Position numbers and translations under genes: made by a program
Assembly (NCBI GenBank): GCA_918797485.1
Contig: CAKKNE010000004.1
Location: 2,914,001 to 2,978,000, forward strand
Length of the DNA: 64,000 nt
Origin: Pelagomonas calceolata
Taxonomy: Eukaryota
Reading direction: 5' to 3'
Shown here: positions 24,801 through 33,974 of the stretch, piece by piece
How the letters are laid out: each line of letters begins with the position of its first letter
Position numbering within the stretch: the first letter of the stretch is position 1
Notes under the pieces: generated by a model
Told to the model about the DNA's origin: nothing
Databases searched by the model: none
What the model saw: the letters and a program-made list of their open reading frames with translations, nothing else

Positions 24801-25819
24801 CTAATATGCGTCTCGGCGTAGCGCCTTAATAAAGCCTTGGAGCCGTCGTCGGCCTTCGCCAGATCGGAAAACGTGTCGACGAAGGCAGAAGCCGTCGAAA
24901 AAGCTAACGCAGCACCGCGCGCCTCGGCCTTATTCGGTCTTCCAGTATACCGCTTCTTTTGTTTAGGTTGGTAGTAGACGCCCGGCTTCTTCTCAACTTT
25001 CGGCTTCTTCTCCTTGGTAGCACCAGAGGGTGTAGTCGCCCGCGACTCCAAACCGCGCATTTGTTTGGAATATTCCGTCAATTGGTGCATCTGGGGCCCG
25101 TGGTCCTTCATGAAGTGCATGAACTCGTCGACGTCGACCAGGCCTGAAAAATCAACATCCAAAGCCCGCCAGAGGCCCCGCAGTTCGTCCAACGTTAAAT
25201 CTGCTTCACTGAGGTTGAGGCCGGGGTCCCGCATGCGCGTCACACCTTCGAGTTCTTCGAAGCCCATTCTTCCCGATTCATCGGTGTCGAAGTGGCCAAA
25301 AATTTTGAACCAGTTGCCGTCCGTGACACCGCTGCCCTCCTTCGAATATTCATGTACACATGCATCGTTCAGCTGCTGGCAGATGCGTTGTAAAGTTGCC
25401 TTCTGGAGCACGGGCCAGTCATCTAATATGAGCAAGTAGCAGGCGTGCTGGAACTCGTCGATGGTCACTTCGCCGCTCTTGTCGTGGTCCACATACGCCC
25501 ACAATCCTTCCAACTCTTCTTCTTTTATCTCCCCTTCCTTCCGGGGGACCTTGGAGTCCTTGCTTCGGATCGGGATCTCCAGCACGTCGGTGAGCGCGGT
25601 CTTGAACTCGTCGTAGTCGAGGCGGCCGCTCTTGTCCGTGTCGAGGCGCTCGAAGAGTAACGACCAGTTCTTGCGCATGCAGCCCTTGACGTCCCACTTC
25701 TCGTAGAGCTTGGGAAACGCGTCGTTCATGCGGAGCACGACGCTCCGCAGCACGGGCGCCGGGAGGCCGCTGGTCTCGTGCTGGTCGTGCCGCGTCGGGC
25801 GGCGGTTTTCCGAGACCAT
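10487..25819 (-). CDS. Highly divergent dynein heavy chain-like protein with N-terminal EF-hands (5110 aa, no intron needed)
   Basis: Linker-region motifs (LERWATVQGKWEALATVF; EARRLACARLCMVSEQDLWDLL), AAA1 entry EYRG..LFITPNCERC, AAA2 GPAGCGKS, RLWAHECRRCLADRL, AAA4 GHVVLLGGAASGRRTVARL, RWPLLIDP, C-terminal IEGARWD and YRCPVF; four EF loops at the N-terminus. Confidence 0.9.
15700..15890 (-). repeat. Pro-Ala low-complexity coding repeat inside the AAA4 region of the dynein
   Basis: APAPAPAPAPGPAPAPAPSPAPAPAP followed by a Lys-rich patch. Confidence 0.7.
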
Positions 25820-26337
25820 GGCTGTGTATTTATGTGTGCGCTTACTATCACTGCTGCCTTGATTTATGCGATGCGGCGCTGCCTGCTTGGCTCTCAGCTA
25901 AGGCAGCACTGTGCTCGGCCGACTGCGCTTCTGCGCAGGAATCGACGAGCGTGCCGCAGGAATGGGAAAAGTGGCAAAGGGCAGCGTCTCCCGCACGACT
26001 GCCCGCCCTCCCGTCCGCAGAGCTGTGGCTTTTTGCACGGCGCTGAATCAAAGGTACGGGCTGCGCTTTCTTGCGGTGAAAATCCCCGATCGCAGGTGTA
26101 AATCTACGTCTCGAAACGTGCAGCCACCGGTCAAGGATCAACAAGCAGGGGACAAAACCAAGCGTCTTTAGCGCCTCTGCTCTCCGAGACGCGCGCGGCC
26201 TCTGTCCGCGTCGTCGGGCTGCCCTCGACGAGAAGTCGACGCGCCACAACACCTATCGCAGTCGCGTCCCGCTGGCTGCCCGCAAGGAGTCACAAGTTGG
26301 AACCCCTGTGGCTGCCCAACCTCTTGCAAGCAGCACC

Positions 26338-28254
26338 ATGGACGAACTACCGCCCAAGACCCCGATGACCCCCGGCGTCGGGCCGCGCTTCGGGCTGGAG
26401 GAGGAGACGTCCTTCGCCGGCAACACCGCGCCGACCGTCGTGAGCTCCGAAGGGACGTCTACCGTCGCCGAGCGGCTCTGGCGCGCCAAGGTGGCGAAGA
26501 AACTGCAAAAGAAGGCCTGGAACCGCTACTGGAAGAAGGACAAATTTTGCGAGGCGGCCGGCGTGCGCGACGCGGACTGCAAGAGATATTTGGAGCTTTC
26601 AAGAAGACACAGCGACGAGCTCTCGTACGACGAGGAGGACGAGCTGGCCGCGCTCCAGAAGCGCATTCACCAAGGCGGCGCGCGGGCCGTGCGGCCCGAG
26701 CGGACGATGCAGCCCTGGGAGGCGCGCCTGCGGCGGCTCTCGTCGGTGGTCGAGGAGGCGCCACAGCCTCAGCAAGTGCGACGCAAGAAGAAGACTCGCG
26801 TCGGCCGGCCGAGGTCCGCCGCGGACAACTCCCTGACGGCGAAGCGCCTCAAGGACGTGCGCAACCGCGAGCGGCGCGAGCTCGCGGCCCGGACGGAGGA
26901 CGGCTCGCTCGCGTCCCAGGTGTCGCACGACGGCGACGTGCGCGCGCACCTGGCCATGACGCGGGCGGCGGACAACGCGACGTCGATCCCCGAGGCCGCT
27001 ATGTTGGTGGCGCCGCCGATCGAGTTCCTCCACCCGCAAGGTCTCCCGCCACAACACCTACTCGTCCCCGTGCGCAACCACCACCCGCCGGAGTGGGTCA
27101 AGCCCACGGGCAAGTCGCCCCCTCCCTCCTTAGAAGCGACGTCCGTGAACGACACGGCCTCACTCACCACTGTAGAGACGGCCGCGACCACTCATACAGA
27201 GATGACGCCGGGGACGCTGGACACTGTTGAATCACCATTACGACTCAAGGCGACGCGCGACACGCACGGCGAGCACGTCTCGCACCAGGAGCACCACCAG
27301 AACCTCGCCCACAACAAAATGGTGAAAAACGTCAAAAAAGCCGTAGCTTTGTTTGGACACGCGGGCAAGTCCGGCGCGGCCGTGGCCTCGTTCAAGGCCT
27401 TTGGGAAAATACGGAGTAAGAGAAGGGGCAAGGACCAGGCCCGAGAAAGGATCCAGCTGAGCCGCCGGGATCTTGTTGACTTGAATCCACAGCACATTGT
27501 GGATTTGTTGCGGCACACGTCGCTCGAGGAGCTGAAACGCGCCGCCTCCAGCGCCCCCTACCGGGAAGAGGCTCGTCAGGAATTACAAAAAGCGCTCGAG
27601 CAGTGCCGCGTCTGCCGCAACCGGACGGACTTTTGTGAGGAGTGCAAGAAGTGCGCGAACGGCTGGTTTTCGCGTAATAGATGGGCCCTGGAGCGCATCG
27701 AGAACGAAGTGAGCGTGGAGACGCGGCGCGTTTTGATGGAGACGGAGAAGGCTTCTGTGTTTGAGCCCTGCCGCCGGTCGCTCGACGACACGCCGCCCAA
27801 GGAGGAGGACACGCGGCGCAAGAAGATCGCCCAGACCATCGTGAGGGAGCAACAACGTCAGTACGACTGGTTAGATAAACATGACCGGAAGCGCGAGATC
27901 GTGTCGGAGAGAGACACGCCCATGAAGAACCGCTTCGATAACAAAGATAAGCGCATCGCCATCCCGGCGCCCGTCGGCCCGACCGGTTTGATAACAAAGA
28001 AGATACCGCTGGAAGGCAAGGCCGTCTACACCAAAGTCGACGAGCTCAGGCAGTGGGACCATCATTTATCAAACGGCCGGCAAGGGACGCCGGCCGAGTG
28101 GCCCAACTGCTGGCGCAAAACCAAAAAGGAGCTCGCCGAGGAGCTCGCCGCGGCGGAGAACCGGGCGTCGCGGGCCAGCTCGCGGGCCAACTCGCGGCCG
28201 GCGACCTCGGGGACGAGAGTGAGTTTCGCGGTCGCGGACGACCGTCTAATGTGA
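26338..28254 (+). CDS. Hypothetical basic, largely disordered protein with a CxxC..CxxCxxC cluster
   Basis: Long ORF, ATG at 26338; CRVCRNRTDFCEECKKC. Confidence 0.75.
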   Translation: MDELPPKTPMTPGVGPRFGLEEETSFAGNTAPTVVSSEGTSTVAERLWRAKVAKKLQKKAWNRYWKKDKFCEAAGVRDADCKRYLELSRRHSDELSYDEEDELAALQKRIHQGGARAVRPERTMQPWEARLRRLSSVVEEAPQPQQVRRKKKTRVGRPRSAADNSLTAKRLKDVRNRERRELAARTEDGSLASQVSHDGDVRAHLAMTRAADNATSIPEAAMLVAPPIEFLHPQGLPPQHLLVPVRNHHPPEWVKPTGKSPPPSLEATSVNDTASLTTVETAATTHTEMTPGTLDTVESPLRLKATRDTHGEHVSHQEHHQNLAHNKMVKNVKKAVALFGHAGKSGAAVASFKAFGKIRSKRRGKDQARERIQLSRRDLVDLNPQHIVDLLRHTSLEELKRAASSAPYREEARQELQKALEQCRVCRNRTDFCEECKKCANGWFSRNRWALERIENEVSVETRRVLMETEKASVFEPCRRSLDDTPPKEEDTRRKKIAQTIVREQQRQYDWLDKHDRKREIVSERDTPMKNRFDNKDKRIAIPAPVGPTGLITKKIPLEGKAVYTKVDELRQWDHHLSNGRQGTPAEWPNCWRKTKKELAEELAAAENRASRASSRANSRPATSGTRVSFAVADDRLM

Positions 28255-28598
28255 CTTCTGGTATGAATGTTTACGATAACTCCCGAAAGACGCATCCGAT
28301 TGCCTCCAGAGCACGTCGCCCAGGTGCGCGACGGCTGCCGCCCGGCCCCTAGTGGCCGCGCCGCGAGGCTTGGCGTCCAGCCAGCGCCTCGGCACTCCCC
28401 GACGGCCCGGCTGCCCGCACTTACCAGAAGCTGCCCCGGCGCTTGGAAAGTGTACCAGACACCATTCGTGGCCCGTGACCCGAAGCGCTCCTCCAACGTT
28501 TGAGTTACGAGCTAGAAACATTGCTGCCCAGGGCCATACCTTGCAAGTAAGCGCGCGTTGGCGACCCCCAGCGGTGCAGCCTCGACGACGACCATACC

Positions 28599-30897
28599 AT
28601 GGTGACGCGCTACGAGTACTTCGACAGCCGCAACAACCGCTGGAACCCCTACGACGCGGCGACGTGCGCGTTTCTGGAGAGCGCCGAGCAGGCAAACCCG
28701 AATGCGATCGTGCAGTTGCAGGGTTTGCCCTTCCAAGTGCGATTTGGCCAGAATGCCCGCTCCCAGAAGATGGTGTCGTCGACGGGCATTCTCCAAGTGA
28801 ACGTCAATACCGAAAACTCGCGCGACGTCCGGAGGGTGGCACCGATGCAGCCGCAGCAACAGCAGACGGTGCAGGTCCAAGTACCGCCCAACGCGTATCC
28901 CGGCATGCACGTCCAAGCCCGGATCCCCGACGGCCGGACGATCGACGTGCCGATCCCGGCGGGGGTCATGCCCGGCCAGATAATCTCCGTGGCCGTACCG
29001 GCGCAGGCGCCGCCGATGATGCCGCGGCTCCAGAATCCGGGCGCCGCGCAGCGACCCCAGATGCCGGCGGTCGGCGGCCCCGTGATGCCGCAAATGCCGA
29101 CGATGCAGCGCGGGAATCCGCAGATGCCGGCGATGCCCGGGCAGTACGCGCGGCCCCAGCACGCCGGCGACTTCGTCGGTCCGCCGGCGCAGCGACCCGT
29201 CGGCGGCGGCGCCGCCGCGGCGATCTGGACGCAGCTGGAGATGCGCGACTGCCCCGAGATCGTCGGTCAAGCGCTGAATGAAATGGGCCCCGCGGTCTTC
29301 GCCGAGACGCCCATGGACAACATGCGGCGGACCATCGTCCACAAGGCGTGTAGCTTCGGGCGGCTCCAGACGCTGCAGGCCATCGGGGCCGTGCTGCAGG
29401 CCGCGGGGCGGAACGCGCTGCTCAACCAGCAGGACGCGACGGGCAAGCGCAGCATCGACTACGCGGCGAAACGGGGCCAGGCGCACGTCGTGAAGTGGCT
29501 CCTCGAGCACGGCGCGCCGGTCAGCCAGGCCCAGTCTTTAGGTGCGCAGCACCCCGCCGTCGCGGCGCTCTTCGGCGCGCAAGCGCCCCAGGGCGGCGCC
29601 GTCAACGCGGCGCGCGCGCTCGCGAGCTCACCAAAGCCGGACGACGACCTCACGGCGTTCCTCAAGGAATGGGGCCTCGAGGAGCACGAGGCCGACTTGC
29701 GAGGTATTGGGGTAGACGACGTCCGGACCTGTGTGGAAATCAAAATTTTACGGCGCGTTCGTGCTGAATCATCGCATCGTCCTCCACGCCATCGACGCGA
29801 CGCCTGCTCGATGGCGTGGCGATGCCAGTTCCTCACCGCTCGACCGAGCCAGCACGGCCACGTCATCGCCGAGAAATGACTTAGTGAAGAATTGTCGGGT
29901 GCACCCGACGCACTGGTTGATTTTCACACAGGTCCGGACGCTCGGAACTTTTGAAGAGCACGAGCTGAAGGGCATCGCCAATGAATTAGGAATGAATTTT
30001 GGCCACGGCCACAAGTTCGCGGACGCCTGCAAGCAGGTGCGGAACAAGACGCACGCCCCGCCGCCGGGCTTAGGTGATGACGCCGCCGCCCTGCTCCTGC
30101 AAAAAATGAACGCCATCGAGCAGCAGGGACAGGCGCGCGACAGGGCCATCGCGGACGTCACGCAGGGCCTGCACCACATCGACGAGGGCGTGCACCACAT
30201 CGACGCGACGACGACGAAGACGGCGCAGAGCGTGGAGCAGATCAAGGCCAAGCTCGACGAGGTCGTCGCGAAGACGCGCGGCCAGACGCGCCTCCTGGCC
30301 GACCTGTGTAGTGGCACGACGGAGTGCCCGAAGCTCGTGTGGATGGCCCGCGCCGACCCCAAGGGCCTCGCGAGCTGGATCTCGCCGAGCGCGTGGTACG
30401 GGAAAAAGGTGAAGATCCAGTTCGTCTGCCCCGTATCGATGAAGGTCGGCCCGGGGCCGGGCTTCGAGTTGACCCTATCAAAGGACTGGATGAAGAAGTA
30501 CGGCGTCGCGCTCAACGTCTCGCTGGGCATCCTGCGGCTGGCGATGCAGGTCGGCGCCGCGGCCATGGGCTGCCACCACTGCCACATCGCGGACATGTCC
30601 GTCGACCGCGCTCGATTAAAGAACGCGGACGACCTCTACGCCGAGGTGACCAAGGGCCTGGACAAGGACCAGCAGGAGGCGCTCGAGAAGGGCGCGCCGC
30701 TCGGGAAGCAGCTCGCCGAGGCGTCCTTCCAGATGCTCCTGCGCGACATCATGAAGGAGCACGGGGAGCACCCCAACTTCGGCCTCGTCAAGGTGGTCTG
30801 CGACAAGTCGCCGAACGAGGGCGTCGAGTGGGTCCACCCGGACTGCGTCGAGGCGTTCCGGGAGAAGGGGCTGTCGTTGCTGCGGCCTAAGAAATAG
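28599..30897 (+). CDS. WWE + ankyrin + SAM-like + coiled coil + COR-C-terminal-like multidomain protein; exons 28599-29720 and 29932-30897
   Basis: WWE-like YEYFD...WNPYD..TCAFLE...QVNVNTENSRDVRR; ankyrin repeats; SAM-like LTAFLKEWGLEEHEADLRGIGVDD|VRTL...ELGMNFGH is rejoined by removing the introner. Confidence 0.85.
29721..29931 (+). mobile_element. Full-length introner element forming a 211-bp GT-AG intron
   Basis: Element 29729-29931 with TIRs CTGTGTGGAAATCAA/TTGATTTTCACACAG; perfect 8-bp TSD GTCCGGAC (29721-29728 and 29932-29939); highly similar to 57820-58024. Confidence 0.95.
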
Positions 30898-30940
30898 CAA
30901 CTAGGCAGTCCTACACTCCCCACGCGCAAGTGTCCGCCAC

Positions 30941-32020
30941 TCAGTCGATGCGGTACAGCACCTTGCCCGTCGACGCGCCGCTCTCGAGGTACTTGTGGCC
31001 CTCGGCCGCCTGGTCGAGCGGGAAGGACGTGTCCACCGAGACCTTGAGCTGCCCGCTCTGGAGCCAGCCCATGATCTCGTTCGAGCGGTAGAGGAGCTCC
31101 TCGCGGTTCCGCGTGTAGTCCAGGAGCTTCGGCCGGCACATGAAGCTCGACTTGGCGATGTGGCGCAGCGGCGGGTAGGCCGGCACCGCGCCGGACGCGT
31201 TGCCGAAGGACACGAAGATGCCCCGCTGCGCGAGGGACCCGAGGGACATGTCGAGCGTCGCCTTGCCGATGCCGTCGATCACGGCCTTGCAGCCCGCGCC
31301 GTCCGTGATCTCCAAAACCTTCGCGAGGCCGTCGACGGACTCATAATCCTCGTAGGCCGTGCCCGGCGCCTCGTCGTACAGGATCAATTCATCAACGCCC
31401 GTGGCCTTGCCGATGTCGCCCTTGCCCTTGGCGCACGTGCCGATGACCTTGTAGCCGCGGATCTTCGCCATCTGCGCCGCCCACTGGCACGTGCCGCCGC
31501 CGACGCCATGAACCAACATCCACTCGCCCGGCTGGATGAGCTGCGCGTGGGCGTCCGACGTGAGGTAGTGCGCCGTCAAACCTTGCACGACGCAGGACAC
31601 AGCCACATCCATGGGCACGTCGTCGGGCACGGGCAAGCACTTGGCCGCGGGCACGGCCGTGTACTCCGCGTAACTGCCAAAGACCGAGTAGGCGACCTTG
31701 TCGCCGACCTTGACGTCCTTGACATCCGAACCGACGGCGACGACCTCGCCGCCGCCCTCCTGGCCCCCCACAAAGGGCAAATCGCGGGCGTACAGGCCCG
31801 AGCGGTGGTACGTATCAATAAAGTTGATGCCGGCAAAGGCGTTCTTCACGAGCACCTGGCCCGCCGCGATGTCGGGCACGGGGAAGTCACTTTCTACTTT
31901 AAGCGCGTCGGCGGCGCCGGGTTCGCGCACCACAGCAGCCTTCATGACGCTCGGGACGCTCAGGCGCCGCGACGACGCGCGGCGCGCCGTCATGCGCGAT
32001 GCTAGTCTTAACGCGAGCAT
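30941..32020 (-). CDS. qor: NADPH:quinone oxidoreductase (Qor/zeta-crystallin, MDR family), probably mitochondrial
   Basis: AGINFIDTYHRSGLY, QGLTAHYL, VSFGNASG and STGKVL; Arg/Ser-rich presequence from ATG 32020. Confidence 0.92.
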   Translation of the reverse strand: MLALRLASRMTARRASSRRLSVPSVMKAAVVREPGAADALKVESDFPVPDIAAGQVLVKNAFAGINFIDTYHRSGLYARDLPFVGGQEGGGEVVAVGSDVKDVKVGDKVAYSVFGSYAEYTAVPAAKCLPVPDDVPMDVAVSCVVQGLTAHYLTSDAHAQLIQPGEWMLVHGVGGGTCQWAAQMAKIRGYKVIGTCAKGKGDIGKATGVDELILYDEAPGTAYEDYESVDGLAKVLEITDGAGCKAVIDGIGKATLDMSLGSLAQRGIFVSFGNASGAVPAYPPLRHIAKSSFMCRPKLLDYTRNREELLYRSNEIMGWLQSGQLKVSVDTSFPLDQAAEGHKYLESGASTGKVLYRID

Positions 32021-32327
32021 GGTACCTGCGCATGATTGGTGTGGCGTAGCGCGTTGCGACCCTCTCGCCCCTCGCGCAATGCATATGCAGTGTGCAGCGT
32101 CGCGTTGATGGCGTCGAGTCGAGGCGTTTCGTATTCCCAAGCGCGTTGCGACAGCTCGCCCGTCAGGGAGAGCATGCAATGTGCAGTTGTCGATGGCGTC
32201 AAGCGGTGAGTTCATGTGCAAAAGGCGATTGGTGAAACGCTGTGCATGCACCAGTCAGTGATTCTGCAGCGGAATGCAGTCGATGGAGCCCAAACAAAGC
32301 TGCAACCTCGTGACAGGACAGGCTGCG

Positions 32328-32349
32328 CTAGTGTCTTACAGGCCGCTAG
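32328..32349. promoter_or_regulatory. Recurrent CTAG-bounded motif, copy 4 (inverted partial copy at 32414-32432)
   Basis: CTAGTGTCTTACAGGCCGCTAG in a divergent intergenic. Confidence 0.6.
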
Positions 32350-32621
32350 CATTGCGAGTCCTGCCCGCGAAACGAGCAATTGGCAGGTGTCGAGGGACGT
32401 TTGGGGAACCAGGTGCTAGCGGCCTCTAAGACTGCCATCCTTGGTGCCAGCAAAAAATAGAGGCGGCCCACATTGCAAATTCGGGGTGCCGCAGCGCTGG
32501 AACAGAGCGGAAAGGCTGCGGCCTCGAACATTGGTGCAACGCGCGCTGCTGCATTGTACGGCGTGGGGGCAGCCCCAAATTTGGTGCAGTCCAACATCAG
32601 GCCTAGCTTCGGCACAAGACG

Positions 32622-33968
32622 ATGAGGCCGCTCCTCGCGACCCTCCTCTTGGCCGCAACGGCTGACGAGCAGCACGCGAAGCATGGAATAGCACCATTGA
32701 ACGCGGGCGGCTGGATTAACAAGGACGACGCCGAGACGCACACGGCGATGCTGTACTTTCATTCCTTCGTGCCGCCCTTTGTGAGTATAGACGAGAACGC
32801 CACTTTAACGGTAAGCGACCAGTGGCGCGCCCACGGCGACACCGAAGTAAGGCAGAGCTTTGCGCGATTGACACCTTTTCAGGAGAACTCGGCGGGCGCT
32901 TTATGGTCGGCGTTTCCGTTTGGAGATGCGGCGAATTCCGAAAGATTGAGTATTGTGATGACGTTTCGGCTGTCGGGGCGAGCCCAAGCGCTGGACGCGG
33001 GCGAAGGTTTGGCGTTGTGGTTAAGGGAAGGACCCTTTGTAAGTGGAAAGGCGTTTGGCGCGTCCGACAGATTCGTTGGGGCTGCCGCTCTATTTGATAC
33101 GCGCGTGAATCAGGTGCGGCTGGTCGCCTCGGACTCGCTGCCGGACGATCCCAGTGACCGAGAACCTATATTGGAAGCTGCAGCATGTGATGTATCATTG
33201 CGGAAGGACGCGTCTAGGGACGATTATAATCATAGAAACAAGTCGCGAGCACGACTCGTCGCGACGCCGAATCGCCTGCGACTCTTAATAGACGAGGCCA
33301 ATCAAAACGAGTGGCGCCTGTGCGCCGACGTCGAAGTGCCGAAGAGGGTAGCTGAAAGGGGTGCGGCCTGGCTCGGCGCCGCCCACCTAGGCGTGTCCGC
33401 GGCGACGGGGACGTCCAGAGACTCGCACGACGTCGTCGGCGTCGAAGCCTTTGCGGATAGTAGAGCACACGACGCCCACCTACAAACGGGCTGGCGCAAG
33501 TTCCTACCAAGAGGCACGGAGGCGCCTTTGGACAATGAGCGATTGAAGGCCATCGAAAAAATGGTCGACTGGATGAGTTTCAAGCTAGATCATCTGAGTC
33601 ATGTCTTCGAGCACTCCACAGCCGCGTTTAGCGCACAAGTGGACCGAGGCGAAGACGAGTTCGAGGCGATTGTGGATGATGAGCACAACCGCCTCATGCA
33701 GCTCGACGATAGCATCGAGGCGTCGCTGTCCGAGGATCTCGAGCGGCGCGTCCTGGAGCTGCAACTCGCCTTCAAGTCGAATTTTGAAGATAAGGTCGCT
33801 GACCCCGAGAACGGCCTCGACGCGACGCTGTCCGAGAAGGTCGTGCCCGAGGTCTTGCAGCCCTTCGAGGACTCGTGGCGGCGGCCGTTCTTGGTGCTGG
33901 TCGGCGCGCACGTCGTCTTCGGCGTCGGGGTCGTGGTGCTCATGCGGCGCGTGCGGAAGATGGTTTAA
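32622..33968 (+). CDS. L-type lectin membrane protein (VIP36/ERGIC-53-like cargo receptor)
   Basis: Signal peptide; HSFVPPF, RLTP, GEGLALW, LGVSAATG..DSHDV; coiled coil; C-terminal TM helix and short basic tail. Confidence 0.85.
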   Translation: MRPLLATLLLAATADEQHAKHGIAPLNAGGWINKDDAETHTAMLYFHSFVPPFVSIDENATLTVSDQWRAHGDTEVRQSFARLTPFQENSAGALWSAFPFGDAANSERLSIVMTFRLSGRAQALDAGEGLALWLREGPFVSGKAFGASDRFVGAAALFDTRVNQVRLVASDSLPDDPSDREPILEAAACDVSLRKDASRDDYNHRNKSRARLVATPNRLRLLIDEANQNEWRLCADVEVPKRVAERGAAWLGAAHLGVSAATGTSRDSHDVVGVEAFADSRAHDAHLQTGWRKFLPRGTEAPLDNERLKAIEKMVDWMSFKLDHLSHVFEHSTAAFSAQVDRGEDEFEAIVDDEHNRLMQLDDSIEASLSEDLERRVLELQLAFKSNFEDKVADPENGLDATLSEKVVPEVLQPFEDSWRRPFLVLVGAHVVFGVGVVVLMRRVRKMV

Positions 33969-33974
33969 CAACAG

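Noticed and set aside
26054..26261. Possible 5' UTR introns (GTACGG...CGCAG; ...CCTATCGCAG) upstream of the gene at 26338
   Set aside because: Splice-like words only; no reading-frame or homology constraint to support them
28503..28516. GTTACGAGCTAG as a plus-strand copy of the post-stop element
   Set aside because: Too degenerate and about 250 bp from the stop codon; could be chance
29731..29931. Peptides VEIKILRRVRAESS... and NCRVHPTHWLIFTQV appearing in ORFs at two loci
   Set aside because: Translation of introner DNA, not a shared protein domain
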